A stretch of 64,000 bases of DNA from Heptranchias perlo (Eukaryota), in contig NC_090340.1 in NCBI RefSeq assembly GCF_035084215.1, positions 44,702,001 through 44,766,000 of the forward strand, read 5' to 3'. Below the pieces are notes generated by a model that saw nothing but the letters and a program-made list of their open reading frames with translations, searched no databases and was not told the DNA's origin. Every line of letters starts with the position of its first letter. Position 1 is the first letter of the stretch. The translations under genes and the position numbers were made by a program. This document shows positions 40,076 to 52,896 of this stretch, in pieces.

Positions 40076-43000
40076 ATGTTTTTTCCCAACTATTACACTC
40101 CAGTTTTTCAGTATCTTACTAGGGTTTTTATTTAAAATGTCATGCTGTAAAACTATTATGTAAATTCAATGAGGGTTGTTGAAGAATCTTCTTTATTGAA
40201 CATCCTTTTTATCAACAATATTGCCTGAAGGGACATGACTCTTGCAATTATTTACCTAGGCTGTTCTAAATCAGTAACCCCATATGTGTATAATGTTTTC
40301 TAAAGGAGGTGTATTTATACTTGTGTTGTGGGGGGGGCGGTGAGGTTTAGCAGTCAACACCATCTATGTCTTCAACCACACGCTTCTTCATTTGGAGTAC
40401 AAATACTCCAGTGGAATTTAACAAACTCTTTAGAGACTGGATTCTCTTTGGCTGCACTCTACAGTGTTTCCAAATGTCAGTATTCTTTGTATTAAATTTA
40501 TTTGAGATATTCACTAACTTTTTTTCTCACTACTTTGTTTCATCAAACTTTTTTTTAAAAAAAAGTTTCCCCTTTAGACATGTTAATCTGTTCATGACAG
40601 CAAAACATTCTTATTAGGTCAGTAACTTCCAAAGTTGATCTCTTGATTGTGTTTTTAAAATTCTATTTGACAAACATTTTTTAAAAAATGCTTAGCATTG
40701 ATTGGTGCCACTGCATGGGCTGTTTATGGAAGAAGATGCTGAACTAAGATCTTTTTTTAAAAAAACTTTGAGATGGGTAGAAATAACATACCAGCATTTT
40801 TTAATGTGTTCTACATTAGGGAAGCATCTTTGTGCACATTACAATAACAGCTGTGTACACATTTTTTAAAATTAACCCCTTATTACAGGAAACATTAAGG
40901 CTTTTTACAGAAGTGGGTCTCAGATTTTGCAGCATGCCATAAGACACTCACCTGCTTGCCACATATATAGTTTGATGGATAATGTTAGACTTAACTGTCT
41001 TAAATAATCAGAGCTTGTAATTACGTAGAAATCCAATTAGCTAAACAGTTTGCATTTCACAAGCAGTGTCACAGTTCCCCTGGGTTATTGGTGGGCATAA
41101 AAAGAGGGTGCATTTTATCAGATTCCACACCTTCATCCCTAAGATTATAAAAATTTAAAAATGGAAAAGTACACTATGTACCTTTGCACAGTAAATACAA
41201 TAGTTTTAGTAAAATAACAATTACTGGTAAATGTAAGTTAATTTAAATCTAATTTTGCATTTACAATGCAATATTTGTGGGTGATTTCATATTGCTTTGT
41301 GATTTTTGCAAATACATTATGAATGCTTTCAATGTGGGGGTGAGTTTTCAAATTAGCTTAAGTAGGTCAATGAAAAGAGATTGTGATTTATACAGCCTGC
41401 TAGTTGTATATTGTATCCACTACGTTTTAAACTTAGTTTTGTACCCTGGTATCAGAATTCTGATACATTTTATTAAATTTAGATAAATGTGTTCATGGTT
41501 ATTGCTTTGACTTCATTTACAGTCATATCCTGGTGTCATTTGGTCTGTTAAAGCTGCTTAACTCAAGTGGCACAGTACATTAGTGCACAGATTTGCTGTG
41601 AGACATGGAGTGTTTAAGATTGATAGACACAGCCATAATTCATTTAGGGGGATTATCCATTAGCTGCCATTGCAGTGAATTCCAGGTAATTGGCTTTTGT
41701 TAATCTCCATCTCCAAGTTTAGTTAAGTGAGGTGTGTCCTAAAGGGAAGATAGCATGTATTCCAAATCAGGCAAACACAAATTCTAATTATGTAGATTTT
41801 AGTTTGATTTGAAGAACCTTGAGCTTGATGGGTTTACATGTGTCTGATAGGCTGACAAAAATATATGAAACTTAGCATATGCACATTAGATCTAATTCAT
41901 GTAGTTACTCAATTACTGTGGTTGGAAATTGTAACCTATTTGGATGAGTGTCACAAAAAAAGTGTTTGGTTTTCCAATCTACCTACTCAGGCTGCACAGA
42001 TGCCAACTGTGAATTGAGTATGCAAGATTCAAATGTATTTACCTCCATTATTAGCATTTATCTGCAAGGAGAGTGGGCTAGTGCCCTGCTCCCTCATCTA
42101 TCACTTTCATCTGGCTGCTAGGTGTGCAAGTAGTCAAGGTTGGGATAACTGCCTACCCTTGCAGATCAAATGATTATAAACTTGTCATTTGAGGAAGTAT
42201 GTTTACCAGCAGCATTTTAGTACACCACTCTATTTCAGGGGCACAGGGGCAGAGTGCCATAATAAATTGACATGTTACAATTTTGTTAATGTGAAATAAG
42301 CATTGTAATGCTGGAAAAAAAAATCACAATTTGTGCATTAAGATACCCACTCAGCAGCTCTACAAGTTCTAGAAGAATCATTTGCCTCTGGATAATTTTT
42401 CTGCACTGGTCTAATATACTAAAACTTTAATTGCCATAAGTTTTATATTTGGTTTACATTTGAAAATCATTTGGTTTGTGGTCTTGGTATCTATCAATGC
42501 ATCACTGAATTGATCTATACAGATTATCATGTAAATTTCCAGTTGTTCCCCTTGTGTTCCTGAAGGCAGTGATTCTTGCTGGGGTTGATTTACAAGGTGC
42601 CAGCAGCCCTTCAATATTTTGCTCAGATGAGTGTGGACAGGCAATTTAACCAGAGGGCATTACTGCTGAGATTAACACTATCCTCACACAATAGGTAGCA
42701 ATTGTGATTAGGAGAGGGATTCCTGAATAATCCCACCCCCTACCTATTGGAGTTGCTCATAATACTTAGACCATGTATCAAACCAGGAACCTTCTTGGTT
42801 TATATGGTTCAGTTCTACAGTATGTGGTGTGTTTCTAGTGCCTACATTCCTATTTTGCTCTCCAATGTATCATATTTTAAACTAGGGATTATAAGATTAA
42901 ATTTGTTTACAGGCAAGTACGAAGAGTGGGAGTTGACACTGAAAAAGCAGTCTCTTTTTACCCTTAACAGCTAGTATGTGCAATTAGAGCATTCTAATAC

Positions 43001-43317
43001 ACATTAAGGCCTTAAGATTGTGCACAAAATATCATTCATGATAATTCATCAAAATCAATTTATATATCATTAATTCTTCATCAAAAATCAACTTTAACAA
43101 GAGGATATATAAATTTATTTTTGATGAATTAACAAGAGGATAAGAAATCTTGGATTTCAGCATAACTGAACCAGTTAACACTAGTCAATTGCACTCATTA
43201 AAAAGCATATCCTTGTACACTGCTTGGAAGTTGACTAATCTTTAATTGGTATATGAAGAAATAAATTAAGCATTTATACAAAAGAAATCACAATAATTAG
43301 ACAGAACTTTTCTATTT

Positions 43318-43388
43318 GAGGATGGGATTCAAACCTACCTACTCTGCCCAAGGGATTAATAACCCATTGCTGTAACCACTTGGCACCT
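43318..43388 (-). pseudogene. Degenerate tRNA-Ser(GCT)-like sequence
   Basis: Minus strand AGGTGCCAAGTGGTTACAGCAATGG..TAATCC..GGTTTGAATCCCATCCTC aligns by eye with vertebrate tRNA-Ser(GCT). Anticodon and acceptor stem are decayed. Confidence 0.55.
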
Positions 43389-44469
43389 TACCATGACAAA
43401 AAATGTTAGGTCCAGTAATTTTTAAAGCACTTTCCACCTTAAATTTGATACTTAAAATTCTCAAAGCTAAAGATCTTTTCATTGATTTGATAAATTGTTA
43501 GTTTTACTATCCCAACAATATTATTGTAAGTTACGTGTCACATTTGCTTACAATAAATGTTTAGTAGCTATTTACATAACAAGCTCTTAATATTTTTTTT
43601 ACAGGAACTCCACCACCCTTTTTACATTTATAAAGTGATTTCAGAACAGTTCTAGACTGCTTGCCACATATATAGTTTGAGGTTGTATTGTACAGTTCAA
43701 TAATCTAAACTACATTATCTTTTGAAAGTTGAATTGTTAAAAAGATTACACAGGCCAGATTTAATAGTGATCCCATAGATGAGAGACAATACATACGATT
43801 CAATTGGCTTTCAGGCCAGTTTCTTTCCAGTCAAGTGATTTCTCATTTCTTGAATAAAACTTAGAATCTGGTGTGTGGTCAGATATGCTGTCACACAAAT
43901 CTGGTTATAACTAGTACAAAGGATAAGTGGTTGATATAGCAGTAAGTAGTTTATTCACTCTTTTACTGGCATTAGAGAATTAGCCAACAATTTCGGAAAA
44001 CAGTCAAACTAATCAACAGAACATAACAAAAGAGTGTCAAATGTAGAAACAATGTCATTCTGTTACAATCATTGCTTTTTTGATTCACAATTTATATACC
44101 CATTTACATTAGCTGCTGAATTCTTGTAGATATTGAGATTTGACAAAAAGTTATCAAAACATCAGATACTTGGAAAAACTTTATTTCCTATTTTATCAAC
44201 TGTTATTATGTAAGAAGTTACATAAACAGAGCCTGATGTGTTGGGACAAAAAGTGGCACCAATCTCACCTTGCTTTATCACTTCAAGATTTTTTTTGCAA
44301 AAGTTTCTGCCCATTAAGGATCTACTGATTCCAAAGATAACCTCATATTCTTCAATTTTAATGAACTAAGAAAAAAAAAGTCACGCATTTGTGCACTCCA
44401 GTCCAGTGTTTGGAATAAATGAAAGAATCTCATGTACCCACAGTCAGATTTTTTAAACTTAAAAACAGG

Positions 44470-44804
44470 CTACAATCCAGATTGCAGTGAAGCACCTTCT
44501 GTGTTCTGGCCATCTATATCCAGTGTGCCTGGTTTTATTTCCTCTGCTATAAGACCCGGCACAGACGAAGGCAATGCTGGTGGATATTGTTCACTTAGCT
44601 TCTCAATTTCAGTTTTTGTCTCTAATCCAGGGCTCTCTAAGGTGGTTTCAGCTGCCAGGATCTGTTCCAGTTTCCCATCGAAGTTGTTGTTAGGTGGAAT
44701 TATAATTTCCTTTTTTGGTAGAATAAAAACAAGCAGTTCCAGTACAACACTTGTATTAATGCATCCAATGGAACCATATTTATGAACCTGAGTGGGAGGA
44801 ATAC
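44470..44804 (-). CDS. COG8: COG8 last coding exon
   Basis: TTGGCAG| (G)IPPTQVHKYGSIGCIN...FILPKKE, then a variable acidic tail to TAG; total ~621 aa. Confidence 0.9.
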
Positions 44805-44973
44805 CTGCCAAACACACAAAAAAAAGTTAATTATGTGAGATGAAGAATAATACATGGCTGCCAGTGAGTTACACGGCTGCGGTTCAACTGGATTTATTCA
44901 ACAGTAATTGAAGTATAATACATTAAAACTAAGTAAATAGTGACCGGAGCATGATCAACAGCTGAGTACATAC

Positions 44974-45142
44974 CAAGAATCTGCGCTACTTGTGCGGGTG
45001 GAAAAAGCACCTGTAAGCATCGGTTCAGGTAAGGGACTAGGTCTTCAGTAAATGTAATACAGAACTGGACAAACAGCTCGCGTTCTTTCCCACTGAAAGC
45101 ACTTTCCTCTGCTCGATGAAAAGCGAGAATTAGCTTTGTAAC
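44974..45142 (-). CDS. COG8: COG8 coding exon 3
   Basis: TTCGTAG| VTKLILAFHRAEESAFSGKERELFVQFCITFTEDLVPYLNRCLQVLFPPAQVAQIL |GTATGT; 169 nt. Confidence 0.93.
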
Positions 45143-46234
45143 CTACGAAGAAAAAATGAATTATCAAAACATAATTTTTTGTAAGGTGCTCAGCACCTAA
45201 TATCCTCCTCCAAAGAAAGAAGGTGGAACTGTAGGCTTCTCCAGACCTGCCACTGCTTTCAATAATCATGCAGCAGGGACAGCACAACAGGTCAGGTAAT
45301 GCAATTCCTCCTCCCCACTGCATCCCCCAAAAACTCACAAAGTTTGATTTTTAGAACTACTGTATTCAAATTCAATTTTTGCCAAACTATTCTGAACATT
45401 ACTGGTACAGTCCAACGTCGATCACTTTTGATGATCTTATGGGATTCTTTCCTAAGGAATGGTTTAGCTTTCAATTATTACCCTGAATCAAAAGAGCAAT
45501 TAATAGCAGCATGAGAGCGATGGAGCAAGGGAAATGAGGCTGGTAAGACAATATCATCTGTTATTTTACAATTTAAATAGTAATTTCAGTAAGACGATCT
45601 TGTTTATCTTGGTCTTGCCACAGTCTCATGCTCTCCAATTTGCTTAGATCTTCTGGTCTTTGTATCTCATACTCTTATATTCCTCATGCATTCTCTCATT
45701 CTGTTCCTCTCAACCTTTTATGGAGATCGAGGCTTTTACAGCTGCAGAAATGTTATCTCTTCCTGGATATGAGGGAGGGAGTGAGTGAGGGCCAGTGATA
45801 AAAATGGGCGATGAAAATGGAGAGAGATATGACAAGCCCTTTCCATGGCCTCTTCAGATTAATGGGGGGGGGGGGGGGTGGAAAGGTGGGATTCGGGACC
45901 ACTGGAGAGGGCTGGGGTTTGGAACCAATGGGTGAGGTGGGCTAGGGTGTGAAAGAACTGGGGATAAGTACGCCAGAGGCAACTAAGATTGCCGAGGAAC
46001 ACAAAGAGGGGAAGGTGGGTATCAGGTGTACTGAAGTGGGAACAGAAAGGGTGAGATGGAGGTTGGAAACACCGGCTGTGGGGCTGGAAATAATCAAGGA
46101 CATATAGCCAGGCCCCGAATGCAAGACAGGTCCTGGAGTGGCCAGACGTAGGAATGAAGCACAAGCACTAACTACGAACACACTAAAGGTCTGGCACCAT
46201 AGCATGGCAGAAGCGTCAGGCATTGCCAGCAGTT

Positions 46235-47545
46235 ACTGCACGAGAGAAAATGGGAGATATAGTTACAGTCTGAAGTTGTTAATCAATATTAAGGATAGAG
46301 GGCTGCAAAGTGCCTAGGACAAAGATGAAGTACTCTTCCTTGAGCTCACATTGAGCTTTATTAGGACAGTGTAGAAGGCCAAAGACAGGGAGGTCAGACT
46401 GGGAGTGGGGCGGAGAATTGAAATGGCAAGCGACAGGGAGTTCGGGTACGCACTTGCAGACAGAAGAGGTGTTTGGCAAAGCGATCACCTAATCCGTGTT
46501 TGGTCTCCCCAGTGTAGAGGAGACTGTACTAGGAGTAGTAAATACAGTTTATTACGTTGGAGGAAGTACAAATAAATTGGTGCCTCACCCGGAAGTGTTT
46601 AGGGCCGTGGACAGTGGTGTGGGAGATGGTAAATGGGCAGGTGTTGCATCTCCTGCACTTGCAGAGGAAGGTGCCAGGGGACAGAGAGCTGGTGGAGGGA
46701 GTGATGGAAGAGTGAACTAGGGTGACATGGAGGGATCAATTCCTTCGGAATGCTGGGAGAGGGAGAGATGCCTTTGGTGGTGAGATTGCATTAAGTGCCG
46801 GAAGTGGTGAAAGATGATCTGTTAAATGCAGAAGCTGGTGGGATGGAAGGTGAAGACAAGGGGACCTCTATCATTGTTCTGATTGAGACAGAAGCACGGG
46901 AAATGGGACAGACTCTGTTTAAGGCCCTGTTGACCACGGAGGAGGGGAATCCTTGGCTGAGGAAAAAGGACATTTCAGAAGCTCTGGTGGGGAAGGTGGC
47001 ATTATGGCAGATGTGACGCAGACAGAACAACTGGGAGAAGGGAATGGAGTCCTTACAAGAAGTGGTTGGGAAGAAATATAATCCAGGTAGTTGTTGGAGT
47101 CAGTGGGTTTGTAATAGATGCTGGTGGACAGCCTATCCCCAGAGATAGAAAAGTTGAAGAAGGGAAGAGTCAAGAGTTGGACCAGGTAAAGGTAAGGGAG
47201 AGGTGGAAATTTGAAGCATAATTAATTAAGTTCTCTAGATTAGGGTAAAATCAGGCAGCAACACCGATACAATAATCAATAATAGAAAAAGAGATCAGGG
47301 AAGGGACCCAAGTAGGATTGGAACAAAGAACGTTTAACACATCCTACAAAAAGACAAGCATAGCTAGGACCCATATCTGTTCATGGTGAAAACAAGTTAC
47401 CAGATGGAGGAGGGTTGTGGTGAAAGGGGATTGGTTGGGTCACTGTTCAAGGAAGAAGTAGAGGGCCTGCAGGCCGACAGATGGAGGCGTGGTGGGACTA
47501 CACGTCCATAGTGAAATGGAGACGGTTAGGGTCAGAAAACTGGAA
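46235..47545 (-). mobile_element. Penelope-like retroelement (RT thumb + GIY-YIG endonuclease), degenerate
   Basis: GDRLSTSIYYKPTDSNNYLDY and ELPVACHFNSPPHSQSDL.VFGL...IFVLGTLQPSILNID; lies in COG8 intron 2. Confidence 0.85.
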
Positions 47546-47574
47546 TATAGTTATTCACATCATTTATCTCAGAT

Positions 47575-47935
47575 AAATTCCAAAAGTTGAGGGCATACAT
47601 TGTTTTGATGCTGCTTATATCCTACACCAAGTCCTGCTCACTCATCCTCGGTGACCTTTATTGGCTCCTGGCCCCCCACTGCGTCAAATTAAAAATTTCC
47701 ATCCTTGTGTTTAAAATCCTTCCAATGCCTTGGCCCTCCCTATCTCTGTAAACTACACCAGCACTACAACGCCCTTGCTTCCATTCTCCATTCCTTCGAC
47801 CTCTTATGCATCCGCCCCACTATTGATGAGGCCCAGTGCTCTAGAATTCCCTCCCTGAACTGCTCTGCCTCTTTTTAAAATCTACCTCTGACAAAGCTTT
47901 TAGTCACGCCTCCTAATATCTCTTTCTTTGATTTG
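47575..47935 (+). mobile_element. L2 LINE 3' fragment
   Basis: DLYWL...VKLKISILVFK...CLGPPYL-like motif and an L2-type tail; similar to 25150-25420. Confidence 0.6.
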
Positions 47936-48612
47936 GATATTTGGTAATTTAACAGGTTGGTCAATCACTATTTTTTGCTCTCCAGGTGCGAGACGACGTA
48001 TGATTTGATAATTTTAGGTACAATGCCTTTGAAAGGCAAGATGAGATGGATGTGTGCTAGATGCAAGACTTTTAATATATACCCCTATTGCACTATTAGT
48101 CAGTTGGAGGATATGCTGTTTTTGTCCACAGAATGTACAATATGATCACTGACACTGAATAATGTTGAAATGCAAAAAAAGTGATGTGAAATTATGGGAA
48201 TGTTTACAGTATTTTCAGGTTCAAATTATGTGACTGTCCATATTTGCATGGAAATTGTGAATTAGTGGCCTTGATTGCTGTGTGTTTCTTTAGCTATGTA
48301 ATCAGTCTTATATTTTTTCCCCTTTTAAAAAAAAGTCCAGGAAACACAAAAAGATGGTAGGGACGTTCCAGATTGCAGTTTCAGTGTGACCGACAGGTGT
48401 GATGGAAAAAGTATTACAGCAAGGGATATCTCTAATAGTACCAACTGCCCAGCCAAACATTTTAGTGCAGTACTTCAATTAATCTAGACTGTAAGCAGAA
48501 TTTAAGTAGGCAAACAGCAATATTTGCATCCTAAACTTGCTTAATTAGCACTTTGCCTAAAAACACTGTTTAGCATTTGATTATGATGTTGTGATAACAG
48601 TAGCTGAAATAC

Positions 48613-49431
48613 CTTCACAAGTGCATCTTCCAAGCACAGGGTTACTTCCTGTGCAAGTGCTACGGGACAGCAGAGACGAAGATCGTTAAAGGCTGCCAAA
48701 TTGTTATTTAGAAAACATGCCAGTGGAGGGAAGTCCAGAAGCACCATTGGCGGCTGCAGCGTGCCTGGCTGACTAGTTGGAAGAGTCACAGGGATTGTGC
48801 TCCCTAACACTGATGGGGCAGAGATTAATGTGTACAGATTCATGTCTTCCTGAAACTTCTCCACAGCCTCCTGAACAGCTTTCACAAAAGCATCCATAGC
48901 AACCTTCTGAAACATAGGAGCAAGCTGTCCACGAAAATCTGCTCCTACACGACTAAAAGAAAGTCCAAAATACATACACTGGCCCAGCAGTGAATCTAAG
49001 CGACAACCCACTCCCTTCTGAAGATCCGATTCCAGAGTCCGCAGAAACTCAGAAACCTTTTGCACTACCCAGCCATGGAAAATAGCACTTTCATTCACAG
49101 TCTGATCGATGGAAAGCAACAACGGGTCTTCATCTGAGAAAATAGCACGGTACTGAGTGATTATGTCAAACAGATGGACACGGCAAGCTTCAATTGTTTT
49201 CGTTATGTGGAAATAAGGATCATTGTTCGATATGGAGCCAAGTATAGATTTCAACCAGGCATCTCGAGCTTGAAGAAACTTTATTCTTAATTCTGCTTCA
49301 GTGAAAACATCCATCCTTCTCAAATAGCCTATGACCCGAAGACAAGCCGGAAGTTGGACATTGGTACGTAGCTGCTGGATAAGCTGGTTTAACATCAACT
49401 GAGCAGATGAACGCACTTCGTTCACTATCCC
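48613..49431 (-). CDS. COG8: COG8 coding exon 2
   Basis: CTCACAG| GIVNEVR...QLPACLRVIGYLRRMDVFTEAELR...LLGQCMYFGLSFSRVGADFRG...EDALVK |GTATTT; 819 nt. Confidence 0.95.
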
Positions 49432-49794
49432 CTGTGAGAAATGTGATAAAGAACACTTTAAAATGTTGGCGAGATTTTTTTTAAATAAAACTAGACCAGG
49501 TTTGCATTTCCCTATTTGAAATAATAACCAAGATGTGCAGAAAAGACCAAAATGCATAAAAATGAGTGTATAGGGGATGAAACTAAAAAAAAGTATCTTC
49601 TAGATTGTGCTTTTGTTGCTTTATAAAACTCAATTGCCTTGTCAAATGAGCTAAATTACAGCTGGTCATAACAACTCAGTTATATCTTATTTCATGTCAT
49701 GTTATGAAGAATTAAACAACAACCAGAACTCTGTGAAACCAGTTCTCATCCTTGGCAGATACTGAAAAAAGAACTTTTACAAGGAAGCTAATAC

Positions 49795-50337
49795 CTGTAT
49801 GACGGGTATGGAGGAGTATTTTTTCTCCAACCTCTTCACGTAAGAGGCCAGTTCAAGAGCCTCCTCGTAGTAGCCATTCCTAACGCAGGTGTCCATGAGT
49901 TGTGGGATCTCCAGGATTTCGAGGATCTCGGTGTGGCGGTTGAGGGTCAGGCTGTTCATCCTTCTGCTGGCGCCGGTCTCCTCCGTCTCCTTTATGAACT
50001 GCTTGCATTTCTCGCTCAGCCCGGGCAGCTTGTCCAGCACCCCGGAGACGTGCTTCTCCACCAGCCCGAAGTCCCGGTAGATCTCCTTGGTGCATTCCGC
50101 CGTTTTGATGAAGGTTTTGTAATTGGAGAAGGCCAGTTCTTGGGTCTGCTGCAGGATCTGGGCCCGTTCCTCCGCAAGCCTCTCGGGCTCCCGGTTCAGC
50201 TTGTCCACACCGTACGAGCTGAGTTCGGATAAATATAACGTGAAATCGGGATTCTCCCTCCAGTTTTCGGGGAAAGAATCCCTGAAAATCGACGCCAGGA
50301 TACTCTCATCCTCCACGTCAATCCCCAGTGCCGCCAT
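49795..50337 (-). CDS. COG8: COG8 (conserved oligomeric Golgi subunit 8) coding exon 1
   Basis: MAALGIDVEDESILASIFRDSFPE...NRHTEILEILEIPQLMDTCVRNGYYEEALELA...SIPVIQ; donor CAG|GTATTA; CpG island; 543 nt. Confidence 0.95.
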
Positions 50338-50445
50338 TTTGGGAAGGTAGTGTAACTTCCGGTTTCAATAACAACAACTTTATCGGAAGAGCGTTCTCAA
50401 TAATCACTTTATTATCAGGCCCCATAGTTGCTGTTACTAGGCAAT
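50330..50445. promoter_or_regulatory. COG8 promoter motifs
   Basis: YY1-like GCCGCCATTTT over the ATG (50330-50340), ETS/GABPA ACTTCCGG (50355-50362), X-box-like GTTACTAGGCAAT (50433-50445). Confidence 0.5.
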
Positions 50446-51420
50446 GCTGGTGCTGTATACTTCAAGAAAACTCTACGACCGCCAAATGCCACCAATACTG
50501 AAATTTAAAGACGAAAGAATTTGCATTTATATAGCACCTTTCAGGACCTCAGGAACTTCCAATGTGAGTTGTAAGAATATAAGAAATAGGAGCAGGAGTA
50601 GGTCATATGGCCCCCGGAGCCTGCTCCGCCACTCAGTAAGATAATGGCTGATCTTCTACCTCACCTCCACTTTCCTGCCCACTCCGCAGATCTCGTGATT
50701 CCCTTAGGGTCCAAAAATCTATCAACGACAGAGCATCTACAGCCCTCTGGAGTAGAGAATTCCAAAGATTAACAACCCTCTGAGTGAAGAAATTCCTCCT
50801 CATCTTAGTCCTAAATGGCTGACCTCTTATCCTGAGACTATGCCCCCTGGTTCTAGACTCTCCAGCCAGGGAAAACAGCCTCTCAGCATCTACCCTGTCA
50901 AGCCCTTTAAGAATCTTATATGATGAGATCACCTCTCATTCTTCTAAACTACAGAGTGTATCGGCCTATTCTACTCAATCTTTCCTCATATGACAACACT
51001 CTCATCCCAGGAATCAATCTAGTGAACCTTCGTTGCACCACCTCTAAGGCAAGAATATCCTTCCTTAGGTAAGGAGACCAAAACTGTACACAATACTGCA
51101 GGCGAGGTCTCACCAAAGCCCTGTACAATTGCAGCAAAATTTCCTTACTCTTGTATTCCAACCCCCTTGCAATAAAGGCCAACATACCATTTGCCTTCCT
51201 AATTGCTTGCTGTATCATTTAACGTTCTGTGTTTTGTGTATAAGGACACACAAATCTCTCTGAACATCAACATTTAATCGTTTCTCACCATTTAAAAAAT
51301 ATTCTGTTTTTCTATACTTCCTACCAAAGTGAATAACCTCACATTTCCCCACATTATACTCCATTTGCCACTTTCTTGCCCACTCACTTAACGTGTCTAT
51401 AACCCTTTGCAGACTCTTTG

Positions 51421-51653
51421 GGGTTGATTTTAGACCCCAAGAACTGGTGGGATGAGGGCAGGTGGAAGTTGAAAATAGTTGTTTTCGCAACCCAGCTTTA
51501 TTTCCGGGTTTAACGACTTTGCATTCCCAGTGGGAAGTATAGGCTTCCCACTGGGAATGCAAAGTCTGAAAATTTTGCAGTTGTGACCCAAAAAAAACCT
51601 ATTTCAACTCCCACCTCCCCCCCAAGCCCACCCGTTCTTGGGGTTTAAAATCA
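51421..51653. mobile_element. Palindromic MITE inserted in CR1 RT
   Basis: TIRs TGATTTTAGACCCCAAGAAC/GTTCTTGGGGTTTAAAATCA; perfect 23-bp central hairpin; 3-bp TSD TTG; host CR1 sequence resumes after it. Confidence 0.8.
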
Positions 51654-52896
51654 TTGCGTCCTCCTCACAGCTTACTTTCCCACCTAGCTTTGTATCGTCA
51701 GCAAACTTGGATACATTACACTCGGTCCCTTCATCTAAGTCATTAATATAGATTGTAAATAGCTGAGGCCCCAGCACTGATCCTTGTGGCACCCCACCAG
51801 TAACAACCTGCCAACCTGAAAATTACCCATTTATTCCTACTCTCTGTTTTCGGTCCATTAACCAATCCTCTATCCATGCTAGTATATTACCCCCAACCCC
51901 ATGAGCTCTTACCTTGTGTAACAACCTTTCGTGTGACACTTTATTGAATGCCTTTTGAAAATTCGAATATACTACATCTGCTGGCTTCCCTTTATCTACT
52001 TGCTAGTTACATCCTCAAAAAACTCTAATAGATTTGTCAAACACGATTTCCCTTTCATAAAACCATGTTGACTCTGCCTAATCATATTATGATTTTCTAA
52101 GTGCCCTGTTACCATTTCCAATATTTTCCCAACGACTGATGTCAGGCTAACTGGCCTGTAGTTCCTAGTTTTCTCTCCCTTCTTGAATAACGGTGTTACA
52201 TTTGCTACCTTCCAATCCACTGGGACCGTTCTAGAATCTAGGGAATTTTGGAAGATCACAACCAATGCATCCACTATCTCTGCACCCACCTCTTTTAGAA
52301 CCCTAGGATGTAGGCCATCAGGTCCAGGGGATTTGTCGGCTTTTAGTCCCTTTAATTGCTCCAGTACTTTTTCTTTAATTTTTCTTTAATTACTTTAAGT
52401 TCCTCACTCTCATTAGACCCTTGGTTCCCCACTATTTCTGGTATGTTTTTTGTGTCTTCTACTGTGAAGACAGATACAAAATATTTGTTTAACGTCTCTG
52501 CCATTTCCTTATTCCCCATTATAATTTCCCCTGTCTCAGCCTCTAAGAGACCCATGATTACTTTCGCTACTCTCTTCCTTTTTACATACTTGTAGAAGTT
52601 ATTACAATCTGTTTTTATATTTCTCGCTAGTTTACTCTCATATTCTATTTTCTCACTCTTTATCAATTTTTTGGTCATCCTTTGCTGGTTTCTAAAACTC
52701 TCCCAATCCTCAGGCTCACTACTCTTCTTGGTAACAATATAAGCCTCTTCTTTTGATCTAATACTATCCTTAACTTCTTTAGTTATCCACAGATAGATCA
52801 CTTTTCCCGTGGAGTTTTTATTTCTCAATGGAATGTATATTCGTTGAGCATTATGAAATATTTCTTTAAGTGTTTGCCATTGCTTATCTACCGTCA

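Noticed and set aside
45860-46235. Pro/His/Ser-rich minus-strand ORFs next to the Penelope element
   Set aside because: Low complexity, no motif; probably unclassified repeat sequence.
49880-50350. Several overlapping ORFs on COG8 exon 1
   Set aside because: By-products of a GC-rich coding exon.
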